This document shows, in pieces, positions 10,176 through 20,779 of a stretch of 64,000 nucleotides of DNA (position 1 is the first letter of the stretch; every line of letters begins with the position of its first letter). Where the stretch lies: contig CAWJFH010000025.1 in assembly GCA_963842105.1 (NCBI GenBank), forward strand, positions 1,840-65,839. Direction: 5' to 3'. Source of the DNA: an uncultured Flavobacteriaceae bacterium (GTDB lineage: Bacteria; Bacteroidota; Bacteroidia; Flavobacteriales; Flavobacteriaceae). The notes under the pieces were generated by a model. The model worked only from the letters and a program-made list of their open reading frames with translations, was not told where the DNA came from and did no database searches. A program made the position numbers and the translations under genes.

Positions 10176-10829
10176 ATGACCGTTCATAATTTGGGGGATA
10201 CCAATTCCATTCTAAATCAGTTTATCGCCGAAATACGAGATGTGCATATTCAAAAGGATAGCATGCGATTTAGACGTAATATAGAGCGTATTGGTGAAGT
10301 GCTCGCCTATGAATTAAGTAAAACGCTAGAGTACTTACCAAAAATTGTAGAGACACCTTTAGGGAATAAAAACATGGAACTGCCCAAGGAGCAACTGGTA
10401 CTCTGTTCCATACTCAGGGCCGGATTACCCTTGCACCTCGGACTTCTTAACTATTTTGATACCGCTGAGAACGGATTCATTTCTGCCTATCGTCATCATG
10501 AGAATAACGAAGATGAGTTTGAGGTAATTGTCAATTATTTTGCAGCTCCGTCATTGGAAGGCAAGACCTTACTACTTTCAGATCCCATGCTCGCCACTGG
10601 TAAAACCATGGAAAATGTGTTAAAGGTCTTAAAGGACCACGGTACTCCGTCACAAATCCACGTGGTTTCGGTTATTGGTTCTACTCAAGGCATCGACTAC
10701 GTGAAATCTGTTTTTCCGGAGAACACCCATTTATGGATTGCAGCTATTGATCCTGAATTAAATGCTCGAGGGTATATCCTTCCAGGGATAGGTGATGCGG
10801 GGGATTTGGCTTTTGGAGAGAAGTTATAA
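10176..10829 (+). CDS. upp: Uracil phosphoribosyltransferase
   Basis: SILRAGL, DPMLATG, GYILPGIGDAGD. Confidence 0.95.
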   Translation: MTVHNLGDTNSILNQFIAEIRDVHIQKDSMRFRRNIERIGEVLAYELSKTLEYLPKIVETPLGNKNMELPKEQLVLCSILRAGLPLHLGLLNYFDTAENGFISAYRHHENNEDEFEVIVNYFAAPSLEGKTLLLSDPMLATGKTMENVLKVLKDHGTPSQIHVVSVIGSTQGIDYVKSVFPENTHLWIAAIDPELNARGYILPGIGDAGDLAFGEKL

Positions 10830-13345
10830 TCCAAATTACGATCTTATTCTTAATCCGTTTTCGCCATTTCACCAATTCGAACCATAGCACAGAAATACTA
10901 CCAACGGATAGGGAAATCAATAACTGTTCAAGAGAGAGTCCTTCGAACTCAAAGAACCTACTAAATAGAGGTACATATAATAATACCCCCGCAAGAACTA
11001 AAGTGATACCGATAATTAAGGGAACGAGGTTGTTCTTGTATTTTAAGGTGGTGACAATGGAATAGTAAAAGGAGCGGTTCACCAGAGGTTAAAAAGATAT
11101 TGGCAAAGATCAATACCATAAAGACCATGGTGCGGGTACTATCTTCTGAATACCCAATGGATACTGAATATTGATACACCAATAATGCACCAATGGTGAT
11201 GACCAAACCTTGAATGACACTGGTAATTAATTCCTTGAAATTGAAAAAAGTGGTAGTAAAAGGACGGGGTTTTTTAAACATCAGATTCTTTTCCATAGGT
11301 TCATTTTCAAAAATGATAGAACACGTAGGCCCCATAATCAATTCCAATAAAATGACATGTGAAGGTGAAAAGATATTGGGATAAATCCAACGCAAGGCCA
11401 ACGGAATAAACACCGTAAGAATGATAGGAATATGAATTGAAATAATATACTGTATGGCCTTCTTAAGATTGGTATAGATTTTTCTACCCATGGCAATGGC
11501 ATCCACCATTTTAGAAAGGTCATCATCCACTAAAATCAAAGAGGCCGCTTGTTTAGCGATTTCCGTCCCTTTTTCACCCATAGCAATACCGATGTGCGAT
11601 GCTTTTAAAGCAGGACCGTCATTGACTCCGTCACCGGTCATAGCCACCACTTCATTGTTTTTCTTTAGGGCATTGACGATACGCAATTTCGCTTCGGGAA
11701 ACATTCTTGAAAAAATAGTGGTGGTCTTCACTTTTTCTTCCAATTCTGCATCGGATAAATCCATCATTTCGTCACCGGACATACATTTTTCATATCCTAA
11801 AAAATCAATCTGTTGGGCGATGGCCATGGCGGTAGCTGCATTGTCCCCGGTAATCAGTTTTACTTGGATACCTGCCTTTTCAAAATCTTGCAGCACTTGA
11901 CCAATATTTTCTTTTGGTGGGTCATAAAAGGCAACCAGGCCTTTGAAATCAAATTGAAATTCCTGTTGCTTTTCGGGGTAATCTTTTCCTGAGAAAATAG
12001 CTTGCCCCACAGCCAACATGCGATAACCTTGTGTTCCTAAGCTGTTTATGATTTCATGTATTATTTTGATTTGGGATGCCTTTAAGTTGGATACAGCGAT
12101 GATGGCTTCAGGGGCACCTTTTGCGGCTACGATGAGGTTTCCGTTTTCATTTTGGAAAAGATGGGTCATCATGGGTGGTTTTCCGCCTAGGGGGTATTCA
12201 TGAACCATTTTATAAGTGGGTCGTTCATCTAAACTGTTCATGTTGCCATAGGCATCATGCAGTGCGACCTCCATAGGGTCAAAAGGAATGGGTTCACTGG
12301 CCCACATGGCTAGGGTAACCAGTTCTTTTTCTGAGGGATTTAATTTTCCATCGGCATCTAGTGCTTTTCCAGTGGATAGGGTAAATAATTTGGCCAACGC
12401 CATTTTATTCTGGGTAATGGTCCCCGTTTTGTCAGTGCAGATAACCGTAGCACTTCCTAAAGTTTCCACGGTTTTCATTTGCTTTACCACAATGCCCATT
12501 TTCATTAGGCGCCAAGCACCCAAGGCCATAAAAGTGGTAAAAGCTACCGGAATCTCTTCGGGTAAGATACTCATGGCTAAAGTCAGGGCTTTTAGCAGGC
12601 TGTCCAATACCAGACCGGAACGAAAATAATTGATACCCCAAACCAATAAAAAAATGATTCCGCCCCAGATGGACATCAATTTTACAAAGTTGGAGATTTG
12701 AAGTTCTAACGGTGTCTTTTCATCCTCGATGCCTTCCAGACTTTTCCCAATCTTACCTAATTTGGTGGCATTTCCAATGTGGGTAATCTCGGCAATGGCC
12801 AATCCGCTAGCGACAGTAGTGCCTCCAAAAACGGCATTGTCGGTCTTATCGGCATCTTTATAAATGGAAAGTGATTCTCCGGTTAGAATCGATTCGTCTA
12901 CCGAAAAATCGTTGGAATGGACAATGGTACCATCGGCAGGAATGGTATTCCCTTCTTCGATCATGAGCGCATCACCTATGACAAGTTCTTCGGTAGGAAT
13001 GGAAATGATAGCCCCGTCACGAATGACCTTACTATTCGGTTGCGTCAGGGTTTTTAAATTTTCAAGGGCTTTTCTACTCCTTGAATCTTGATATAGGGAT
13101 ATGGATGCCACAAGAACAATTGCTGAAGCCAAGAAAAGTCCGTCGCCCCAATTTCCTGTGATAAAATAGATAGTGGATGCCACCAATAATAGAATCACCA
13201 TGGGTTCTTTAACAACATCTTTAAGCGCCCTTACAAATGTGTTTTCTTTTTTATAAGTAAACGTATTACTACCTGACCTATCTCGGGAGGCGATTACTTC
13301 TTCGGCAGTAAGGCCATGGATGCCAAAATCAGCAGGATTGATCAT
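10744..13345 (-). CDS. Cation-transporting P-type ATPase (P2 type), +1 frameshift near 11087; 3' end uncertain
   Basis: TGES, PEEIP, DKTGT, TGDN, GDGVND; C-terminus in ORF 10744-11082, which overlaps the end of upp. Confidence 0.88.
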
Positions 13346-13423
13346 ATACAATTAGATTAACTATCCTTTGCTCAGGATAGATTTTGCTATAGCTAAATAT
13401 AACCTGAAAAACAGATAGCCATA

Positions 13424-13437
13424 CTGATATATATCAT
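13424..13437. promoter_or_regulatory. Bidirectional box A operator CTGATATATATCAT
   Basis: 22 nt from TATATTTA (minus, 13401-13394) and 22 nt from CACCTTTA (plus, 13460-13467). Confidence 0.72.
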
Positions 13438-13496
13438 TGTTTACTAATGGTTAAGGTGACACCTTTAAGGTGCGAATAGCATAAAAAAATAAGATT

Positions 13497-14273
13497 ATGG
13501 CACAAGTATATCAGGAAATCGAACACCAACCAACATTACGATTGATTGTAGAAGCATCTTTCACCAGACTGGTCACTTTTAAAAAGGAAAAGGACTATGA
13601 TAATTTTAATTCCGAGTTGCTGAAAATACTTCCAGAAATAAATCGATACATTTCAAAAAGGCTCAAAACTGCGGTTAAAAAAGGAAAAGTAAACAAGAAT
13701 ATGTTGAGTCCAACAGATTTTTCAGATCAGCTGTTCATTGAAGTCTTTGATCATTTAGAGGATATTAAAAGCGAAAAGGAATTGTATCCCTTCCTATTTA
13801 AAACGGTAGATAATTTGTTGGAAGATAGTTTGATAGAGGAGGAGTTCGACCATGTTTTTTTCGATAACATCGACACATATTCAAAGTCGGAATGGGATGC
13901 CATGGAGGAAAATTACAGTAGGGATGGTGATGGGGATTTTGTAATGGTAGAGGAGCTAGATGATATCTCATACAACAAAAACAACTACACGTTGAACCAC
14001 GTTTTTATAACCGATACAGAAAAGGAGCTAGCTAAAAAGTTGGATACCTCTTTAAACAAGGAGCGTTTAGGACGCCACATTGCTTTTGTACTGGATAAAA
14101 TGACCTTGCCCATGCGTGCCGTTTTTCAATTGTATGTAGACCAAGGATTTAGTTTAGAAGAAATAACAAAAATCAGAAAAATTAGTGTAGCCAAAGTGGA
14201 GCAGTATTTGGCGAAGGCTAGAAAAATATTGAGGGATACTTTGTCCAAACGTTTTTTGATAACTAGTAATTAA
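13497..14273 (+). CDS. Atypical sigma-70-like protein with region-4 HTH
   Basis: C-terminal MRAVFQLYVDQGFSLEEITKIRKISVAKVEQYLAKARKIL resembles ECF region 4; acidic centre. Confidence 0.6.
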   Translation: MAQVYQEIEHQPTLRLIVEASFTRLVTFKKEKDYDNFNSELLKILPEINRYISKRLKTAVKKGKVNKNMLSPTDFSDQLFIEVFDHLEDIKSEKELYPFLFKTVDNLLEDSLIEEEFDHVFFDNIDTYSKSEWDAMEENYSRDGDGDFVMVEELDDISYNKNNYTLNHVFITDTEKELAKKLDTSLNKERLGRHIAFVLDKMTLPMRAVFQLYVDQGFSLEEITKIRKISVAKVEQYLAKARKILRDTLSKRFLITSN

Positions 14274-14337
14274 TTAAACGTTCTGGAAAAGGATAATTTC
14301 AAGAAATGATTATTAGGGTTTCGTAAATCTTTAAAGA

Positions 14338-14793
14338 TTACGAAACCCTTATTTTTCCGGTAATTTCTTGAATAATAATTCGGAAAACTACTGTGGCTTC
14401 TTCCGTATCCAATTTTGCAGAAAAATCACTGATAAAATCATGTTTAATTTCGGTGGATGACCCAATTACTTTTTTAACGCCATTGGAAAATTCGTGAAGC
14501 ATATGTTTCGCATCGATTCCTGTCATTTCCTCGTAAGTCCCCAATACCAAAACAGATTTCCAATTCGCCACCGATTTTATCTCATTGACTGCCAAACTAA
14601 TTGAAGTATTTTGTCTCATGGAATTCAATTTATGACCAACGGATGAATAACTGATAAGTGTTGCTGATTCCTTATCATAATAATAGGTAATTGGGACTAT
14701 ATATGGATATGTACCCGCGATGTAACCTAAGTTACCGATAAAGTTCTCCTCCAATAAAGTGATGCATTCCGCTTCTTCTAAATTTCTTCTCAT
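14338..14793 (-). CDS. Pyridoxamine 5'-phosphate oxidase-like flavin-binding protein
   Basis: GNLGY...PYIVPITY...GHK...WKSVLVLG split-barrel pattern. Confidence 0.82.
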   Translation of the reverse strand: MRRNLEEAECITLLEENFIGNLGYIAGTYPYIVPITYYYDKESATLISYSSVGHKLNSMRQNTSISLAVNEIKSVANWKSVLVLGTYEEMTGIDAKHMLHEFSNGVKKVIGSSTEIKHDFISDFSAKLDTEEATVVFRIIIQEITGKIRVS

Positions 14794-14846
14794 GATAGGT
14801 GTGGTTTAATAGTACCACAATTTAAATGTCGATTGAAAACTAACCT

Positions 14847-14860
14847 ATGATATTGGTCAG
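14847..14860. promoter_or_regulatory. Box A operator ATGATATTGGTCAG
   Basis: 22 nt from minus-strand -7-like TAAATTGT (14824-14817); identical to site 3134. Confidence 0.72.
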
Positions 14861-15160
14861 GTGGAATGGAATTGGCAAGATGTCATCCATTTTTCTGAAC
14901 TAGAATTTACCATACATATAGATTGCATAATCTTCAGAAGAAAACACAAAAGCACTACGCAATTTTTAAATTATCCTCAAAACTGATAACAATTGTTATA
15001 TTTTATGTTAAGGTTAACATAATAGCTCGCTTACACATTCTATTTTTAGGAGCCTAGAATAAAAATGAGGATAACGGAGTATTCTTGTCTTAGTTTTCCC
15101 GTCATTTTTCTCTTATGTATTCTAATTGCGAGAACCAAAACTAAATTAAACGATTCATAG

Positions 15161-16801
15161 ATGAAAAGAAGAGATTTTGTACAGTATGCCGGAATGGGTG
15201 CTGGAGCATTGATGATGCCTTCATTATTACTGGGAAATGATATTCCGGTAGAGGCATTGTTGGAACCCGGCATGGACATTTTGATTAAAAAGCAAATGGC
15301 CGATGTGGCTTTGAACACCGCTAAATCCCTAGGGGCAACGTATGCAGATGCCAGGATTGGAAGGTATTTGAATCAGTATGTATTTACCCGTGAGGATAAA
15401 GTTCAAAATGTAGTGAATACAGAATCGTTTGGTGTAGGTATACGTGTAATTGCCAATGGTACTTGGGGTTTTGCCTCCACCAATAGTGTTACTGAAGACG
15501 GTATCAAAAAAGCGACGGAACAGGCCGTGGCCATTGCTAAGGCAAATTCAAAAATACAGACAGAACCGGTAATATTGGCTCCAGTGGAAGCTTATGGAGA
15601 GGTATCTTGGAAAACTCCTATTAAAAAGGATTTTAAAGAAGTACCTGTATCTGAAAAAGTAGAGTTACTGTTAAGTGCGAACGCCGCAGCTTTGGATAAT
15701 GGGGCCGACTATGTAAACTCTGCGCTCTTTATGGTAAATGAACAAAAGTATTTTGCTTCTACGGATGGTTCTTATATAGACCAAGATATTCACCGTTTAT
15801 GGCCAACCTTCAGGGTAACCGCAATTGATAAGGCTGCCGGTAACTTCAAGACTAGGGAGAATATGAGCGCCCCAGTAGGGATGGGCTATGAATACATGGA
15901 CGGACTAGAATCTGAAAAATTGGAAGGACCAGCAGGACTTCGACTATATCGAAACAGTTATGATATGGTAGAAGATGCCACTATAGCTGCAAAACAGGCT
16001 AAGGAAAAATTAACCGCTAAATCGGTTGATGCCGGTAAGTACGATTTGGTTTTAGAACCTAATCACTTAGGATTGACCATTCACGAATCGGTAGGTCACC
16101 CATTAGAATTGGATCGTGTTTTAGGATACGAAGCAAATTATGCAGGTACGAGTTTCGCAACTTTGGATAAACTAAAATCGGGTACGTTCAATTATGGTAG
16201 TGATGTCGTAAATCTAGTCGCAGATAAAACCCAAGTGGGTTCTTTGGGCGCAGTAGGTTACGATGATGAAGGAGTGAAAACAAAGAAATGGGATTTGGTA
16301 CGAAACGGTATCCTAACCAATTTCGAGGCCATTCGAGATCAGGTTCATATGATCGGTCAAAATGAAAGCCATGGTTGTTGCTATGCCCAAAGTTGGGACG
16401 ATGTACAGTTTCAGCGTATGCCCAATGTTTCATTGGAACCAGGCAAGGAAAAGTATTCCATCTCTGAAATGATAAAGGATGTTGAAAAAGGAATTTATAT
16501 CGCTGGTAGAGGTTCGTATTCCATCGATCAACAGCGTTATAATTTCCAATTTGGTGGTACCGTATTTTATGAAATCAAGGATGGTGAAATCGTAGGTATG
16601 CTAGAAGATGTGGCGTATCAATCCAACACCCAAGAGTTCTGGAATAGTTGTGTTAAAATTTGTGATGAAAGTGATTACCGTTTATTCGGGACTTTTTTTG
16701 ATGGTAAGGGGCAACCTTCCCAAGCAAGTGCGGTATCCCATGGTAGTTCTACCGCAAGATTCAATGATGTAAACGTAATTAACACGGGAAGAACCATTTA
16801 A
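15161..16801 (+). CDS. tldD: TldD-family metalloprotease with Tat signal peptide
   Basis: MKRRDFV twin-arginine motif; HESVGH zinc motif; YDDEG, RMPNV. Confidence 0.88.
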   Translation: MKRRDFVQYAGMGAGALMMPSLLLGNDIPVEALLEPGMDILIKKQMADVALNTAKSLGATYADARIGRYLNQYVFTREDKVQNVVNTESFGVGIRVIANGTWGFASTNSVTEDGIKKATEQAVAIAKANSKIQTEPVILAPVEAYGEVSWKTPIKKDFKEVPVSEKVELLLSANAAALDNGADYVNSALFMVNEQKYFASTDGSYIDQDIHRLWPTFRVTAIDKAAGNFKTRENMSAPVGMGYEYMDGLESEKLEGPAGLRLYRNSYDMVEDATIAAKQAKEKLTAKSVDAGKYDLVLEPNHLGLTIHESVGHPLELDRVLGYEANYAGTSFATLDKLKSGTFNYGSDVVNLVADKTQVGSLGAVGYDDEGVKTKKWDLVRNGILTNFEAIRDQVHMIGQNESHGCCYAQSWDDVQFQRMPNVSLEPGKEKYSISEMIKDVEKGIYIAGRGSYSIDQQRYNFQFGGTVFYEIKDGEIVGMLEDVAYQSNTQEFWNSCVKICDESDYRLFGTFFDGKGQPSQASAVSHGSSTARFNDVNVINTGRTI

Positions 16802-16829
16802 GTAAGGTCCAACTAAAAAGAGAACAATA

Positions 16830-18147
16830 ATGGCAATATATACAGAAGAAGAAGCAAAAAAAATATTGGAAAAGGCGCTTAGTTTCTCCAAGGCCGATAC
16901 TTGTGAGATTAATTTAAGTGGAACCAATAGTGGTAATATCAGGTATGCTCGAAATACCGTAACCACATCAGGATATAGTTCTAACCAAAGCTTGGCGGTA
17001 CAGTCTAGTTTCGGTAAAAAATCAGGAACCGCAACCATCGATGAATTTGATGATGCGTCGTTGGAAAAAGTGGTACGGCGTGCCGAGGAATTGGCGCAAT
17101 TATCTCCTGAAAATCCGGAATTCATGGAGCCTTTAGGTCCACAGGAATATGATGAAGCTGTAAGTTTTATCGAGGCCACAGCGAATGTATCTCCGGAATA
17201 CCGGGCTGAGGTAGCGGCAAGTAGTATTACGCCCGCATCTGCACAAGACGTAACGGCAGCAGGTTATTTCAATGATTCGGCCGATTTCAGTGCAATGATC
17301 AATTCCAAAGGTCTTTTTGCCTATAACAAATCGACCAACACAGATTTTACGGTAACCATGCGTACCAATGATGGAACAGGTTCTGGGTGGGTTTCACGGG
17401 ATTTCAACGATGTATCCAAGTTTGATTCCGCTGAGGCCTCTAATACCGCTATCGACAAAGCGGTACTGTCAAGAGAAGCAAAAGCGATAGAACCAGGAAA
17501 GTATACGGTTATTTTAGAACCTGCCGCGGCTTCCGACTTGCTTGCGAAATATGTTCCGGTCTTTAGATGCCCGTTCAGCAGATGAAGGTAGAAGTTTTAT
17601 GTCCGCAGCAGATGGTAAAAATAAGTTGGGTCAAAAGATTGTGGACGAACGTGTAACTATTTGGTCAGATCCATTGCATCCAGAAGTTCCTACATCCACT
17701 TGGAACGGAGAAGGTCAGCCCTTAAAGAAAACCATGTGGTTGGAGAATGGAGTCGTGAAGAATTTAGCCTACGATCGATTTTGGGCCGGAGAAAAAGGAG
17801 TGGAGCCCGTTCCTTTTCCACCAAATGCGATTATGGCAGGCGGTGATGCCAGTTTGGAAGATTTGATCAAAGGCACCAAAAAAGGAATTTTGGTAACGCG
17901 TTTATGGTACATCCGTAGCGTGGACCCTCAGACGTTACTGTATACTGGTTTGACTAGGGATGGAACGTTCTATATTGAAAACGGACAAATTAAATATCCA
18001 GTTAAAAATTTCAGGTTCAATGAGAGTCCCATTATCATGCTCAATAATTTGGAAACCCTTGGTAAACAGGTACGTATCGATGGAAATCTAATTCCGTACA
18101 TGAAGATTCGTGACTTCACCTTTACCAGTCTTTCCGATGCGGTATAG
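16830..18147 (+). CDS. TldE/PmbA-family partner subunit, +1 frameshift near 17541
   Basis: PGKYTVILEPAA, TGLTRDG, PVKNFRFNES; no HExxxH; ORFs 16830-17585 and 17542-18147. Confidence 0.82.
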
Positions 18148-18164
18148 GAAATAAAATCGAAATT

Positions 18165-18203
18165 AAAACTGGTTGTTTATGGAATTCATAGCAGCCAGTT
18201 TTT
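18165..18203 (+). terminator. Hairpin/intrinsic terminator after tldE
   Basis: AAAACTGGTTG...CAGCCAGTTTTT. Confidence 0.6.
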
Positions 18204-18242
18204 CATTTTACAAACAAAAATTTAAATCAAGTTCCCACCGCT

Positions 18243-18863
18243 TTGAGCAACGAATTTTTCTTTACTAGATTACAATATGAATCCGGCGATTGGGATGTAG
18301 ATCAGCGCATGCCTTCCAATTTATTGAATTCTTTGGTGGAGTATACCACGCTAAAAGTGGATACCCAGGAGAAAATCATAACCTTGGCCAGTGATGATAT
18401 TTTTAAAAGTCCGTTTTGTTATATATCGGGACATAAACTGGTAGAATTCACAAAAAAGGAAAAGGAGAATTTTGAAAAGTATGTCCGTAATGGTGGATTT
18501 GTCTTCGCGGATGATTGTAACCATGATATAGATGGCCTTTTTGCAAAATCTTTTGAGCGGCAGATGGAAGAGATTTTCGGACCAGCAGCACTTCAAAAAC
18601 TCCCGAACGACCACGAACTTTATTCCATATTTTTTGATTTTGAGGACGGGCCGCCAACGACTTCTCAAGAACTGAACGGTTGGGGAGATGACTTGGTGCA
18701 CGACTATTTAAAGGCGATAGAAATCAATGGTAGAATAGGAGTGTTGTATAGTAATAAGGATTATGGTTGTGAGTGGGATTATGATTTTAGAAACAAGCGT
18801 TGGTACAAAATAGATAATACACGGTTTGGGGTCAACATTGTCCTGTACGCCCTAACATCTTAA
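18243..18863 (+). CDS. DUF4159 domain protein
   Basis: RLQYESGDWD, NGGFVFADDC, YSNKDYGCEW, GVNIVLYALT. Confidence 0.8.
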   Translation: MSNEFFFTRLQYESGDWDVDQRMPSNLLNSLVEYTTLKVDTQEKIITLASDDIFKSPFCYISGHKLVEFTKKEKENFEKYVRNGGFVFADDCNHDIDGLFAKSFERQMEEIFGPAALQKLPNDHELYSIFFDFEDGPPTTSQELNGWGDDLVHDYLKAIEINGRIGVLYSNKDYGCEWDYDFRNKRWYKIDNTRFGVNIVLYALTS

Positions 18864-18873
18864 AAGAATAGGT

Positions 18874-19878
18874 ATGGATAAAGAATTACAAAAGATAGCG
18901 GATGAAGTGGAACTGCTTTCCAATAAATTGAACGCTTTAAAAGCGGAAATAGGGAAGGTCATTATAGGTCAGGAAGAAACGGTATCGCAATTATTGATCA
19001 CCTTTTTGGCCGGGGGGCATGCCTTGCTAGAAGGCGTTCCCGGACTTGCAAAAACATTAATGATACGCACGTTGGCCAATGCCATCGATTTAAAATTTAA
19101 ACGAATACAGTTTACGCCAGATTTGATGCCTTCAGATATTATTGGGACGGAGATTTTGGAGGAAGACCATACGACGGGTAAAAAGTTCTTCAAGTTCAAC
19201 AAAGGCCCTATATTTTCGAATATCATATTGGCCGATGAAATCAACCGTACCCCGCCAAAAACCCAAGCAGCATTGTTGGAAGCCATGCAAGAATTTGAGG
19301 TGACCTATGGCGACAAAACCTATCCGTTGGACAAACCCTTCTTTATATTGGCGACCCAAAATCCCATAGAACAGTCCGGAACCTTTGTATTGCCAGAAGC
19401 GCAACAAGACAGGTTCTTGTTATACATTAAAATAGGATACCCCACCCAAACGGAAGAGGAGGCCATTTTAAGGGCTACTACGGGAATGGTCAAAAAGCAA
19501 TTGAACAAAGTCATTTCTGGGGAGGATATTGTACGCCTGCAACAATTGGTAAGGGAAGTTTCCATCAGTGATGCACTTATCAGTTTTGTAAGTGATGTTA
19601 TTCGTGCTACCCGACCAGAAACGACCAGCAATTCCTATGTGAAAGAATGGGTGGATTGGGGAGCGGGCCCTCGTGCAGGGCAGGCCATGATTTTAACAGC
19701 CAAGGCTCATGCGCTTTTGGAAGGTAGGTTGTCGGTCACCATGCAAGACTTGAAAAGTGTGGCACTTCCGGTGTTGAGGCATCGGGTTTTGGTCAATTTT
19801 AGGGCAGAAGCGGAAGGAATTACTTCAGATAAAGTAGCACAGCATTTATTGGATTCGGTACAGTTAAAAGGCGGATAA
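18874..19878 (+). CDS. MoxR-family AAA+ ATPase
   Basis: GVPGLAKT, RIQFTPDLMPSD, DEINR, ATQNPIEQ. Confidence 0.93.
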   Translation: MDKELQKIADEVELLSNKLNALKAEIGKVIIGQEETVSQLLITFLAGGHALLEGVPGLAKTLMIRTLANAIDLKFKRIQFTPDLMPSDIIGTEILEEDHTTGKKFFKFNKGPIFSNIILADEINRTPPKTQAALLEAMQEFEVTYGDKTYPLDKPFFILATQNPIEQSGTFVLPEAQQDRFLLYIKIGYPTQTEEEAILRATTGMVKKQLNKVISGEDIVRLQQLVREVSISDALISFVSDVIRATRPETTSNSYVKEWVDWGAGPRAGQAMILTAKAHALLEGRLSVTMQDLKSVALPVLRHRVLVNFRAEAEGITSDKVAQHLLDSVQLKGG

Positions 19879-20778
19879 ATGGCGAAACAAGGCTATCAGG
19901 ATTTATTAAAACCAGAAGTAATCGATACGGTTTCAGGATTAGCCTTGATATCCCGTATCGTTGTGGAAGGTTTTACCACGGGCCTAAATAGGAGTAGGAG
20001 CGTAGGTCCTGGAATGGAATTTAGCCAATACCGTGGCTATGAACCGGGAGATGATCTTCGTTTATTGGATTGGAAAATGTTGGCCCGTTCCGGCAGGTAC
20101 TACATCAAACAATCGGAAATTGAAAGTCAGGTAACCGTCAAGTTTATTTTGGATTCCAGTGCCTCTATGTTACACGAGGAGCAAGGCATTACCAAGATAC
20201 AATTTGCACGGGTCTTGATAGCTACTTTAGCCTATATGGCACAAAAACAGGGAGACTCGGTGGGCTTGTTCGCTCTAAACGATGCGGAATTTATCAGTAT
20301 TTATCCTAAGGCGGATAGACAGCATTACAATCGATTTTTACTGGAATTATTGAATGTTTCTACGGGCGGAAAATGGCCGGAAGCTCCAGTCTCTTCCAAG
20401 AGAATCCCCAATCAAGGCGGAAAGGAGTTGCTATTTTTCCTGACGGATATGTATGAACATGATACTGAAATTTCTAGTTTCATAAAAGGTTTGAAATCAG
20501 CTAAAAATGAGGTAGTTGTCATTCAATTAATGGGCGCCTCAGAAATGGATTTTTCCTATGGTAACCATATCGTTTTTGAGGACTTGGAAACAGGTGCCCG
20601 TATCAAGGTAGATGGCCAATCGGCAAAAGCACAATACCTACAGGACTTGAACCAAAAAATAGAGAATAATAAAGAAGAGCTTTTGTCAAAGGGAATTGAA
20701 CATCACATTTTCCGTATGGATCAGCATTTGGGCGAGGCATTGCCCTTATTTCTAAAACAGCGTAAAAACAGTAATTAA
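19879..20778 (+). CDS. DUF58 (VWA-like) protein
   Basis: EFSQYRGYEPGDDLRLLDWK, LDSSASM. Confidence 0.9.
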   Translation: MAKQGYQDLLKPEVIDTVSGLALISRIVVEGFTTGLNRSRSVGPGMEFSQYRGYEPGDDLRLLDWKMLARSGRYYIKQSEIESQVTVKFILDSSASMLHEEQGITKIQFARVLIATLAYMAQKQGDSVGLFALNDAEFISIYPKADRQHYNRFLLELLNVSTGGKWPEAPVSSKRIPNQGGKELLFFLTDMYEHDTEISSFIKGLKSAKNEVVVIQLMGASEMDFSYGNHIVFEDLETGARIKVDGQSAKAQYLQDLNQKIENNKEELLSKGIEHHIFRMDQHLGEALPLFLKQRKNSN

Positions 20779-20779
20779 C

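Noticed and set aside
13361-13380. Hairpin CTATCCT-TTGCTC-AGGATAG in the ATPase leader as a riboswitch
   Set aside because: A single 7-bp stem in a leader of about 45 nt is too small for a known metal-sensing aptamer
14986-14999. Tenth box B site
   Set aside because: Outer bases are A/T instead of G/C and there is no -7 element at 22 nt; reported separately as a weak palindrome
16830-18147. Programmed ribosomal frameshift in tldE or other split genes
   Set aside because: No consistent slippery heptamer or stimulator, and breaks hit many unrelated genes, so assembly error is simpler
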